Below, in pieces: positions 51,887 through 64,000 of a stretch of DNA of 64,000 bases. Positions within the stretch are counted from its first letter, which is position 1, and every line of letters begins with the position of its first letter. Position numbers and translations under genes: made by a program. The stretch comes from Glaucostegus cemiculus (Eukaryota): contig CDPCPM010000231.1 in the NCBI GenBank assembly GCA_976551045.1, positions 3,100,001 to 3,164,000 of the forward strand, given 5' to 3'. The notes under the pieces are model-generated. The model did not search any database and was not told the origin of the DNA. It worked only from the letters and a program-made list of their open reading frames with translations.

Positions 51887-52462
51887 AGGACATACAAGAG
51901 ACCGCAGATGCTGGAATCTGCAGCAACTCAAAAAGCTGGAGGAACTCAGCAGGTCAGGCAGCATCAGCTGAGGGAAATGGTCAGTCGATGATTCAGATTG
52001 AGACCCTTCATCTGGACTGAAAGATAGAGGGGAGATAGCCAGTTAAAAAAAAAGATGGAGGGAAGGGGTGAAGCAAGAGCTGGTAGGTGATAGGTGGATG
52101 CAGAATTGTATAATTCATTGTAGGTGGTTATAGGTGGGGGGGCAGTTGAGGGAGTGTTGCTGGGAGGTGATAGGTAGAAGTGACAAGGGGCTGAAGATGA
52201 TGGAATCTGACAGGAGAGGAAGGTGGAGTATGGAATAAAGGGAGGGAGCCGGGGAGAGCAGATGGGAGTAGTGGGGGAGAGGGACCAACGGAAAGAGTGT
52301 TTTTGGTGATGGGCAAATGGAAAGGGGAAAGAGACAGGGTGATGGGGGCTAGATAGATCAGGAGGAGAGTAGAGGGAGCAGTTTACCAAAAAGTTGGAAA
52401 ATTCAATGTTCATGCCAGCAGGCTCCAGACTACCCAGGAGGAATATAAGGTGCCGATGCTCT
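51887..52462 (-). mobile_element. 5'-truncated Penelope-like element (GIY-YIG C-terminus and pLTR), 9-bp TSD
   Basis: LEHRHLIFLLGSLEPAGMNIEFSNF (in ORF 51964..52530), pyrimidine-rich UTR, hammerhead-like motif at 51982-52019, and the same terminus as 43676 and 50558. TSD AATGTTATG at 51878-51886 and 52463-52471. Confidence 0.92.
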
Positions 52463-53390
52463 AATGTTATGGTATGTTTTTTAATCCAGCTATTCAAGTT
52501 TAAAGTGATGCACCATGCTGTTGCAAACAAATTTAAAGAACGTAGTAGTATAAGAATACAACTTTGATTTTAGTAGTATTACAGATTGTGGCAATCAAAA
52601 ATTAGAAAATTAAACCATGAGAACAAGAGATTGCTGTTATAAAGCAGATTACATGACACTGTCAAAGTTAAAACAGTGTATGAAACTGTTTTAGAGAATT
52701 TGGTAATATTGAAGCCAAAGAAACATTTTTGATTGAGAGAGTTCTTTTTAGTCAGTGAAAAATGATAATTATTTCATTCTAAAATGTCAAACATGTGAAA
52801 GCAATACAAACCTGTTAAGTAACGCTTTTTCATGTCTCAGAGTGAGAATCACTAATCGATTGTTTTTTGCTAGATATAACGTTAAGTGCAGGTGTTATTA
52901 AAAGTACTGCAGGTCTTATCTGAGAAAACAACTGGCATATAGAAGGTACAAGTTCCTCCCTAATTATTAATTAAATTAACATTAATGAAAGCATTTTACC
53001 AACTGTTCTATGCACCAGCATAGAACATTTTTGTATTACGTTGACCACTATCATAATGCAATTTCTAAAAGAGAAGCAGATAAATTGAAACTTTGAGCAC
53101 CGATGGTTCTGTTTATGTGGCAGACCCATGTCCCATAGGTGGTTAACTCCATGTTAAACACCGTCATGTGTGGGTCAGTTCAAAATTTAAACAAAGTCCT
53201 GAAAAAGTAACTAAATAGTTAAAAATCCTGAAGACCTGAAAGCATTACATGTACCTGGCTTCTAATCTGCTACCAGCTACCTTCCAATCTCACAAAAGAA
53301 ACCTCATTTGCCCCAGCTAATTTTACAGATGGTTAGCTGAATGTGGGAATTACAAAAATATGATTTTTTTTTTCATGCTTTAGTGAACAT

Positions 53391-53468
53391 ATGAATAATG
53401 CCTGAATTTTGAAGCCAACCCATTAAAAATTGTAACAAAAACACTGCATTTCAGCTTTTATCAGCTGA
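53391..53468 (+). repeat. 78-bp unique segment duplicated at 54715-54792 (3 mismatches)
   Basis: atgaataatgcc(t/a)gaattttgaagccaacccattaaaa(a/t)ttgtaacaaaaacactgcatttcagcttttat(c/t)agctga. Confidence 0.95.
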
Positions 53469-54554
53469 TAATCAGTACATGCCAAAATTATATTTTCAAA
53501 TCACATTTAAATAGTGTCATGTGACTATTTGTATGAAATAGAAAACCCACAAAATTCAGCTTGGAGTTATGAAATTCCTACAGCAATGACAAATTTACAT
53601 TTCATCTTAATCATTTGACACAAAGCAACTGTAAAATAAATGCCAGTTATAAAATAATTATTAGACTAGAATATTATAGTGTGGATTGTATTTAAGAGTT
53701 TCTATTTTGTAACATAAAAATTCATACGAGTTTATGTGTTGAAACTTTTATTTACTTAACATAAAAGGTTCTGGTACACAGTAGACTAAATCATGTCTTA
53801 ATGCTCGCATGGTTAAGCAATATATATCTTTCATCAATCAGTCTAGAAATAAGGCATCAAGTAAAGATGATTAAGTTTTGGTTGATAGTCATTTACCATA
53901 TCAATGTCTCCTTGCAACATAGAAAGATCAAATTATCTTTTACTCCAATAATCATCATATTACAAGTTAAAAATGTGTTTCTAGGTGATGTTTTGAAGGG
54001 AATACTATAAGTCATTAAATTCTTAGCATCTGGAAATCACTGAATGGAATGAATGTCTTAAAAGGACGATATTGCACTTTTTACAAATGCCAATCAAGGA
54101 TGGACTCCTAGGCATAATTCTTTCTATAACATGTTAGAAAAAAAAGTGGGGCTATGTGAAATGAATTGTCATGACTCAAGACTGGCTTTAATTCACTCTT
54201 GAGAAGTTGGAGACACGAGCAAGGCTGTCATTTTTTTTGCCCAAGTCTAACTGTCATTAGAATGTAACATTGGGCACTGAGTATGGTGCAGATCTTCCAC
54301 AATGATGTGAGCAAGTTCCAGCATTTTGAACCAGCGATGAAGCAGCTCAGTGGTCCTGGTGCAACACAACTAAGGAATAGTGTCATGCACTTGTGAGTAA
54401 ATGCTGGTTGAAAACATTGCCAGAGTCCTTCTGTTGATATGCTGCTTTTTGGGACTATGTAGATAGTCCTGCTTTGTGTGGCCTGACTATATCTTCCATA
54501 TATTTTGAGAGTTAGGTGTGAGAATTATAGTTGCACAAAAGTAGCTTGAAGAGG

Positions 54555-55325
54555 GTGAGGATATTGAGAATGTAAAGGAACAGAGGGACTTTGAAACGCG
54601 TGTCCAGAAATCTTTAAGATGTAGTAGGACAGATAATAAAGTGATATGCCTCACTTCTGCTCACAATCAAGCCAAAAGACTCACTCTGGTGTATTATGTG
54701 GAAGTTTAATATGAATGAATAATGCCAGAATTTTGAAGCCAACCCATTAAAATTTGTAACAAAAACACTGCATTTCAGCTTTTATTAGCTGAATGGGGTC
54801 TATTCCACTATTAGCCAAGGATAAAAAAAAAAGCAGCAGGATTATGTTAGAAATGTAAAATCTAACATGTTTGGAGATTTACAAGAATGTTGCCAAGACT
54901 GGAAACTTTTGCTCTGAGGCAAGATTCAATAAGTTAGGGTTCCTTTCTTTGAAACAGAGGAAGCTGAGAGGAGACTTAATTGAAGTATATGTGAGAGATT
55001 TAGGAAGAGTAAATTAGAAGGTCCTGTTTTCCTAAGTAGAGGAGCAAAGAGGGAATAGATTAAAAGTAATTTTTTTGAAGGATTAGAAGAAAGATGAGGT
55101 AAATGGGTTTCATGCAAAGGAGGAAAATGGTTTGGAATTCACTGCCTGAAAGGGTGGGAGTGGCAGGAACTCTTACTTTACACAGTCCTTGGGTACGTAT
55201 CTGATGAATGGTGATGTGCTGGGTTATGGATCTACTGGTTTAAGTAAAATGGCTCTTTCTGACCAGCACAGACATAATATCCAAATGGCCGCATTTGATG
55301 ATGCAAATTTTCTTTGATTACATAA
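54555..55325 (+). mobile_element. Degraded CR1 containing a foreign insert at ~54640-54792
   Basis: NVKEQRDFETRVQKSL before the insert. After it: RFTRMLPRLE..., L.SLKQRKLRGDLIEVY and WNSLPERVG, then the 3'UTR. Confidence 0.85.
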
Positions 55326-55432
55326 CTTAGTCCATAACAGCCCTCTTTTGGGAGTTTAGCATGCTGAAGTCCTATGTTATAGTTTCCTCAGGTTTGCCTA
55401 GTGCTTTCCTTGGATGTCCTTTCATACAATAA

Positions 55433-55483
55433 ACCAGAGTGAGTCTTTTGGCTTGATTGTGAGCAGAAGTGAGGCATATCACT
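55433..55483 (-). repeat. 51-bp segment present as a perfect inverted copy at 54640-54690
   Basis: accagagtgagtcttttggcttgattgtgagcagaagtgaggcatatcact is the reverse complement of agtgatatgcctcacttctgctcacaatcaagccaaaagactcactctggt. Confidence 0.95.
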
Positions 55484-58400
55484 GGTTTAAATGCTAGACC
55501 TGGTTGCTATTGGTAGAATCTCTATACATCCTCAGAGACAAGGGTACTTCTAAATCAATTAGCACACCAGTCATTTACACTATACCTCTTCCAGATGCAG
55601 AAGGTAGAAATCCTTACAAACAAAATCTATGCAATTTCAAACATATTATATTCAACAGCATCTGTTTTGGTTATGCATAATTTCATTAAGAATTGGATTA
55701 TTAATTAAAATGGCATCAGTGCAGTGGTGTATTGTAATGCATATTCTTCTCAATATCCCATTACAACTTGTTCTCCAACATTGAGATATTTCTCATTAAT
55801 GGGCAAAATCTTTTGCAATCTTTGTAATTCTTTGCAAGATCTTTGTAACTCTCACAACCACTGCAAGATTAAAAAAGATACTGGTTTTATGACCAAATCA
55901 CATAATTGATCTGTTTGCACCATCTCAACTAAGAGATACAGCCTGTGATGTACCAAGTAAATTAGCTGCTGCTGTATAAATTGTTTTAAACCATATGACT
56001 GGAAGATCAGAAATGGGACTTATATAGAAATAACCACACCACATGATATCAGACTACATAATTCCTGAGCTGAATGCCAAGTGTACTATTTAAATAACCT
56101 AACACTACCCTATTTAGATACAGATGTTACAGTTCTTGTGTCATGTCATACATTTAAAAAGTAAATGTTTGTGTAATTTTAAGGATATAGATTTTCACCT
56201 TAGTTCATTAAGAGGTTTTAAATTTACATTCCCAAGCCTCATATTGGCACAAATAGATATAGGGATGCGAGTTAGTTTTCCTTAAAGTTGGATATTTAGA
56301 CTGTTTACAGGAGCAACTGATACCACTGAAACCAAGAAACCAATTGTGGCACAATTACTACTAGCACTTACTTAATAGAAGCACAATTATTTAATGTTCC
56401 AACTTCCTATTACCTGGAGAAGTTACACCCTTCACTGGTAAATTTATATATTATTTATTTATAACAAAAAAAAACTATAGTGGTCTTTTTCACATCATCA
56501 CATTTCTTAAAGAACTTACCAAACAATGAATTACTTTTGGAAAGGACATCGTTGTTGAGGAGGAAACGCAGCAGCCAATTTGCACATAACAAGGTCTCAC
56601 AATTAAATAAAGAGCTGGCTAATGTTTTAATTACATGTGGGCACAGGACAATACTGTCAAGTGCACAGAGAACATCCTTCAAAAGTGACATCCAAATAGA
56701 TGGACAGGCCCTTTGTTTAATATTTTATTCAAAGTTAGTGTGATAATTCCTTTGTAATGGACTGAAATAACAAGCTAAATTATTTGCCTATATGAAGAAA
56801 ATCCACTGACTTAGTGCACACAGATATGTTAACAAATGTGATAAGGATATGGCAAGTATTGCAACCTCTAAATATATGTAGTCTTGATGCAGCCTTAACT
56901 GCATTAAGTTAAATCTGCATGCCTTCTTCATGCATTGTTTCTATGCATTGCTACTTCCATGAGGGATGAGATGGGAATACAGTTGCCTAGATTTGACATT
57001 GTTTCATATTTAAACTAGTTTTAATTATTGCATGCAATTTGTCATCCAAATATCTCACTTAGTAGTAAGCACTTTAAAAAAACATTTACAGCAGTGACAT
57101 TTCAGTTTTTCTTTGGATGTTAAGTGATCCGAGACATTAGGGCTCCCATATGTTAGAACTATTGCAATACTTTACATATCGTTATCAGATATGTTAACAT
57201 ACCTTTTTCACTGCACTTTTACTTCCAAGTCCCCTTCTATAAAGAACAAGCATTCAGGTTTTAGAAGGAAAATTCTAAATGTAATGGTACAATAAATTAA
57301 AATCCGAGGATTTTTGAACTTTATTTGAGTGTAAATATTTTGCCATTGACCAGTTATGTTGATGACTTCCAAAAATATACATAGGTCCTAAAATTTTATT
57401 TTATTTTTAACTAGGTAGTTTTCACTCTTTTTCTTTTAAAACTGCCTAATTAATATATATTCCTTTTTCTGTGTGTATTTGTACTGTAACTTCTCTGTCA
57501 CATAAAATATGAACAGATAAAGCAATTGATTTTCAGGTTCTTGTCTATTGCATATTCTAATCTAATCCCTCAGTCTAATTAGCAACGGCACTATTAAATG
57601 CAACTGGTTTACCCTTAATATGGCTGAGGGCTGGAGTAGACTAAGGTACAGGTTATTGTAAATATTATGTAGCCAGAAGACTGAAGCTGTTGTGCATTTT
57701 CTTTTAATAATTATTGCCAATAACAGATTCAAGGCAAAACAATGAAATCAAGTATCTCCTTCTCCCTCTTAAATTATTGCAAAAGTTCCAACCAGCCATT
57801 TGCTACTTCTGTTTGATTATGCTGGAACAAACCTACTTGTGGTTTGTATGTGGCACAGAGCAGTGTGAAAAATACACAATCTGTAAGTTTCCAAAATATG
57901 CAGAAAGCCCAAAAACATCCATGCTCAATCCTACACAAAAGCTGATTTTTAAAACATAAAGCAAGGTAGCCTCTTTCAACGGAGTTCCAGAAAATCATCA
58001 TGGAGCAATTGTGAAGCAGTGCAGTTTAACCATCATCATATGCAGGAAGTCATATTCATCATGCAACTAAAGCCCAAACCAATTTGATAGTGTTTTAATC
58101 ATGTCAAAAATACGTTATGCAAACCAACTGCCCAGGTCCCCAGGGCATCTTTATACTGTACAATAAAAAGTAGATTATGAAAGTAAAAATTAAATTCTGT
58201 TTTTCTTAAGCATTAATTTCAAGAGCCATTCCTTTTTCACAATGTGCAGTTTTGCACATTATGTTCCCCAATAGCAGATCAGTAGTTCAATTCACATATC
58301 AATCAGCCTAACAGCCTAATTTGACAATAAAAGCATTACTGCACACAACACGTCCATTTTGATAATGCATGAAGATCTTTAGACAGAAAGTCCTGAAACT

Positions 58401-60369
58401 AGCTATTACTGATGATAAAGGACAACCATTCCAGAGTACCAGCCATTGTTCCCATACCAGATAGTAAATTAATTCATTTTGTAATATGCAATTACTACTT
58501 TTAAAAAACTTGATTGTCTTTTATATCTCAGAAAAATACATTTTTAAGCAGTCTGTGAAGTAGTTTTCCTTCAGAATTATGAGTGATAATTACTTAAAAT
58601 ATCATAATGAATCAGGCCAGATCTTACTAGAGAATAAATTACTAATTGAGTAACATATACCTTCTCCTCAGTGGATAAAAAAAAAAGTGATTTTTTTGGC
58701 TTCTATTGGAATAGAAAGTAGACTGATCCACTGTTGAGAGCAGTAAAACACAATGAACAGTAGCTCTTCCAGCAGGTTTCTTTTCAAACCTTTTTTTCAG
58801 CTTAAATAATATAGTGAAGTATTAAAAGAAACAGTAGGAGAGCCATAAAGAAGCGGTTGATTCTTATTAGCCATGCTATGATTCCTCTCTCGTGCAGGCC
58901 CTCAGAGCTACAGTGACTAGAAAATTTCTTGCTGATAATCTGGAGCAAAGGCGCTGGGAGTGTGGACAATCAACATTGCTAACCTATCCTTCACAATTAC
59001 CCATTCCATTTTTGGTTCAATGCACTAAAGTCGTTCATGTGAATGTTAAAACTAAAAGGCATTCCCACATCTTCAGATTTCTTTCCCGCTGGCAATAGCA
59101 CCTGTTAACGAATGAATCATTGCAAACAACAAATCAGGTGGCATCTTAAAATTAACCCTGAAGGAACATTTAGCCATTATATTCATCTCTGGCAATGCTT
59201 TCAGTAACTTCTGGCTTAATTTAAAATGGAAAAATGATAAGTAAAAGTAATAATAACAGGTTAAATGGAATACTGAGAACCGTTATATACCAGCAAAAGG
59301 ACAATGAAATTGACTATTTTTATCTAACATAATTACATCCAAATAAATAGATTGGTTTTTGTAATAAAAATATAATTTCCCCATCAAGTTCCACTGTACA
59401 AATTCATTTCTGAAAGTAATAATAGACAAGATTTCTTCAGTGCAAAACATAGTCAAATTTCTCAGTTAACTGTATTTCAGAAAGCCAACATGGTGTTACA
59501 TCATTCTTTTTCTCTCTTTCTGTAGATGGGTTAACAAGGCTCTAGAAGTGATACTGTTAAAACGGCTGCATAGACAAAGATTGCAAAATAGTTTTTTTTA
59601 ATTATACTTGAAGAAAGGCTATTGTGGACAACAGCTGTGCTTTTAAAATATTTACAGCCTATAAAATGGTGCAGTGAAGTGAACTGCTTGCCTTACCAGC
59701 AACAGGGCATGGTTTGATGTAACTGTTACATTTTTTACTTTTTCATCACCATCTCTCTAACTGTTGATATGGAAACAGAACAAGTGCCAAGGCACAACAC
59801 ACTTTTCTTCTCTCCCTTCCTGCTTGTCTTGCTTTACTTCTCTGTTGCTCTGGTGACAAACAACAATGCTCAGCTTATCCTGACTGAGAAGGATTTTCCA
59901 TCAGGAACAATGTCCTCTCTCCACATGAATTGATGCATGAAATATACAGACTGATTGGATGTGAAACAAACCTAATTACGAGATACCAATCATATTCTAC
60001 TGCTGTGATACCATAGTTATCCGTCCAGAGTTGCATTATTTATTGCAAAGGGATCCTTTCAAAATTAAACATATATATTAAGTAATAGGAAATATTCTGA
60101 GACTGGTGGTGTGGAATTCTAAAGCTGTTGTTGCATTACAGATGTTTTGAATATAAAGCAAGTCATGTGATCTACAAATTTACCTCAATCATTATGCTAA
60201 TCAGTTTTGATCTAGGATTGAAGGGAGGAACAAGCAATACATTATTCATTATATAAACTAACAGCAAGATGGGTCATTGAAGAATATTTACAACTGGCAG
60301 TTAGCAATAATCCTGTCATATTAGGTTTTATGAAGATTTTTCTGTGGTAAACATTTATAGACTACAATT

Positions 60370-61125
60370 CGGCATCAGATGGCAAGATGAGCAGAAAAGT
60401 GGCAGATATTTAATATACAGAAATGTGATATGCTATGACAGAAAGAATAAGTAGAGACAGTATAAACTAAAGGAAACAGAAGAACATGAGTGTACATGTA
60501 CATAAATTGTTGAAAGTGACAAGGCATGCAGAAAGAGTAATTAGCAAACCATGCTGGATCCTGGCATTCATAAATAGAGGCAAAAAGAAGTAGAAAAATA
60601 GGTAACCCATGTGGAACCTGTACTCAACACTGGTTACAGCATGAGGAGAGTATTTTGTCCAAATTTGGTCACCTGACTTGAGGGATATGAAGGCCCTTGA
60701 GAAGATGTGGAAAAGATTTACCAGAACAGTTCCAGGGATGAGAGATTCAGTTGCAAGTTTAGCCTGAAGTTTTTTGAGCAAAGAAGAATGAGAGATTTGA
60801 TGAAGGTGTATGAGGTAATGACTGATTTAAATTGGGTAAATTGAGGGAAATTGTTCCCATTAGTGGGGGTCACAGACAGGAAGCACAGATTAAATAAAAT
60901 CTGGACAACGGAATACAAGGGAGATAAGAAGATAAATGTTTTCATTCATAAGTTAGTTACGGTCTTAAACACAACGCTAATAAGGGTGATGGAAACAGAA
61001 TCAATCCTAAGGTATTGGATACAGCCAAGACAAAAAGGGAATGGAACTGAATGAACTGCTCTGCTCTGAGTCAACATCGAATTACTAGGCTGAATGTCTT
61101 CCTCCTGTGCCACAATTCTACAATT
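60370..61125 (+). mobile_element. Degraded CR1 RT-downstream region and 3'UTR
   Basis: EKWQI.FN.EKCD..., MLAFINRG, YFVQIWSP..RDMKALEKMWKRFTRTVPGMR and RMR.DLMKVY remnants. Confidence 0.8.
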
Positions 61126-61697
61126 TTAGTCCAACCTTCCCAAAGGAGTCTTCTCTTGATTTCAATGAGTTTACAATCAGTACAAATGCTGAAGAATGCA
61201 GATTTAATCAATCAATCGTGGGATATTTAACTTTTTAAATTTATATAAAATCACCCGAACTAATTCTGTAACAGAGTCAACTGAGTTAAACAAGACACTC
61301 CGAGGCTGAAAGGATATCGACACAGCCCAGCGCTAAGCCGTTATGTAATCACCTGTTCAACCAGCCGCTCGAAAGCATTGTTGTGACCCTGATTCTTCGC
61401 TATTCATAATCTCCCTGCTTGACACAAGTTGAGCAGAATACCAGATCAGAACTTGAGCCAGTGTACATTCTTGTTGAACACTGATGACTAGTTCCACGAT
61501 GAGCACTTTTACAGGTCATATCTGCTTAATTCCAACAATGAGACCATTTAGACTGTGTACTCAAGATCCTCCTGGAATCACAATCATCCTATATTTTTCT
61601 TTATTACATCCTCTTAAGATTAGAAAAGATGTATCAAATTTGATAATATACAATAATTTGCTGGTTCTTATTTAGCTCTAAATTTGATATAAAAGGT

Positions 61698-62094
61698 ATT
61701 GGTTGGTTTATTCTTATTGTCACATGTATCGACAACGTGACAGTGAAAAGCTTTTGTTTGCGTGCCATCCAGGCAGATCATTCCATACACTAGTACATCG
61801 AGGTAGTAAAAAGAAAAACAGAATGCAGAACATAGTGTTACAGTTACAGAGAAAGTGCAGTGCAGGTAGACAAATAAAATGCAAAGACCATGATGAGATA
61901 GATTGGGAGATCAAGAGTTCATCTTTTAGCATACTAGAGGTCCATTCAAGAGTCCGATAACAGCGGTATAGAAGCTGCCCTTGAACGTGGTGGTACCTGC
62001 ACTCAGGCTTCTGTATCTTCTGTCACATGGGAGAGGGGAGAAGAGAGAATGACTGGGGTTTGAAGGGCCCTTGATTATGGTGGCTGCTTTTCTG
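61698..62094 (-). mobile_element. Rex/Babar-like 3' fragment
   Basis: RKAATIIKGPSNPSHSLFSPLPCDRRYRSLSAGTTTFKGSFYTAVIGLLN (ORF 61926..62231). Tail ttggtttattcttattgtcac. Confidence 0.9.
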
Positions 62095-64000
62095 ACTATC
62101 ATTACAGCTGACCTAAAATGATACCTTTTCACGGTATTGTACTTTGAAAATAACAATAATTGTTGTACCCACTGACTGCAAAAGAAAATAGTGTTTGTTC
62201 CTACTTTGACTTCTATATTAGCTCCTGGCAATATGGCTCTACCTGAACACTTGGTGGCAAGTGTAGTTCCTTAGAATATACAGCAACAAGGGCAATTTAT
62301 GTAAGGAAAGGGAAGAGAGAAAATGGCAGCAATCACCCCATTGCTACTAAGAGGGGAAATTTTCAACATGCCTTCATAATTAGGTCTGGCCAAGATGTAA
62401 TCAATCCAAGTTAAATGCAAGCAACCACTTAACATCCTATTTTAAAGTTAGAAGCTATTACATCACACATCATAGGGATAAAACTTTCATTTTCCACTTG
62501 GACTTTTCAGTAATTTATTTTTATTTTAATTTTCTATTATGTCTGCATACGGACAACTCATTTGCTGCATTTCCACTTTCAACCAGGAAGTCAATAATAA
62601 TTAATTCACACATATGGCATTAGTGAGGCACTGAGATTGGTTAAGAGCAGCAGTGTACTTCTGTGGGATACCAAATATTAACTGCTGAATGCATTCTATT
62701 CACCCTTTGTCTCAAGAGGGAAATTTCTGCTGTTGCACAGACTATTAAACTGAATATTCCTGCAAGGAACAGATATAATGTACAAACATTATATCTAGGA
62801 TATCAGTGAAGGCTGGTATTTTTTCCCTACCATATTTTTACTCTGGATGTTAGCCAAAACTGATGATCTATAGGTCATCACAAAAAGAATGCAATCTTTC
62901 AGTTTACCAATTTTCATAGCTTCTGTATAATTTACCTTTCCTGAAATAGGAAGTGCTTTCTCTATGTCCAGAATGTTGCCATGGTTACACTGTTGGCTGC
63001 TTAGAACTGATACCTTCTTACACGCCAGCCATTGCAGTCAGCATTTCAACTCATGTGCGAGCTTGTCAGCATTTCACAAGGAAATTCTTTTTTAATCTGG
63101 GATTGATGGCATCAAAGAATCAGATTAGTTGCACACAGACCAGGAGACTGTCAGAACTGATAAGGTTGGCTGTTTATTTTAAACAGGCTGCTGATTCTAA
63201 TTAAATAGCAGTTATTTAAAACAGCAGTAATTTCTACAATCATATTTTAAGGTTTGAAGAACCAAAAAAAGCTTTGAAACACATTGTCAGTATTTATGAG
63301 GAAAGGAAGATTAATGTTTCACTCTGACTCCTAATCAGAATTCAGTTGCAAAGTTCAGCTTAATTTATGTCAACAATTATTTTTAGCGTTATTTTCACAT
63401 CTCTTCAGGAGGGATATCTTGTTTATATAACAAAAATCAGAATATCCTCAATCTACTAACCAATGCCACCCATCCTTCCTACTCTGCCTGGCTCTGACCT
63501 GCTTTCAGTTTGTGTTGGACTTGTGTGAGAGTGAGTTAATTTTAACTAATGGAATTCAGTGACAGCTTACTTACTACAGTCAGTTAAATAAGTTTAGAAT
63601 CCTGTTTCTTTCATTGGAAATCTATAACCTACTTATTTCAATGAAGTATTTGTGCCTTTTTAGAATTATTGTTGTTTACTTTTAAACTACAATTATGGAC
63701 TACTCAACATCTGCTAAAATGTTGTGCTAAGCATGCCAGAATCAAAATTCTCTGGTGCTGGAGGTGAGGTGGGGGAGCGTAGATGCTCAGGAAAAGGTTC
63801 TCTTGTATCTCCTTTGACAGTAACACTAAGGCTTTCAGCATCCACTTTTCTCTTTAGTAAATATTCCGCTGCTGTAAATTACACCTTTATGTACTGTAGA
63901 TTTTATCCTTGGCAAAGAGTTAAACAGCTATGTTTAAGCTATAATGCATTCACATCCTACAGAGCCTACAGTCTAATTCACTCTTAATACATCATGATCT

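Noticed and set aside
51964-52530. 188-aa ORF as a host gene
   Set aside because: Starts outside the TSD, includes only ~28 aa of Penelope GIY-YIG tail, then reads through low-complexity UTR
51268-52624. Possible old LTR surrounding the Penelope insertion
   Set aside because: TG..CA ends can be chosen, but there is no TSD or terminal inverted repeat
53004-53027. 10-bp perfect hairpin tgttctatgc-acca-gcatagaaca
   Set aside because: Short, isolated, and close to chance expectation; not miRNA-sized
61481-61530. CTGATGA as a hammerhead core or snoRNA box C
   Set aside because: No stem II-GAAA partner and no suitably placed box D or terminal stem
62936-62940. Possible 5-nt minus-strand micro-exon (tttcag GAAAG gtaaat)
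   Set aside because: Such motif pairs occur by chance in 64 kb and cannot be supported without RNA-seq

Overview
AT-rich eukaryotic (vertebrate) non-coding DNA, intronic or intergenic, with a 173-N assembly gap at 14158-14330. The repeat repertoire (CR1 and L2 LINEs, V-SINE/HE1-like SINEs, Rex/Babar and RTE fragments, Penelope-like elements, Gypsy LTRs, PIF/Harbinger relics) points to a cartilaginous fish, probably a batoid; this is inferred from remembered repeat consensus, not from a search. I found no host protein-coding exon I can support. Every ORF with recognisable protein similarity is a transposon fragment. Four things stand out. (1) One Penelope-like family has three insertions, each bounded by a target-site duplication (TSD), including a ~237-bp fold-back copy with two decayed minimal hammerhead-ribozyme motifs back to back at its centre. 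(2) A ~150-bp composite templated insertion inside a CR1 was copied from two nearby unique sites, one direct and one inverted. (3) A clean solo LTR has a 4-bp TSD. (4) Several nested insertions give a relative chronology. Boundaries of old, degraded repeats are approximate.
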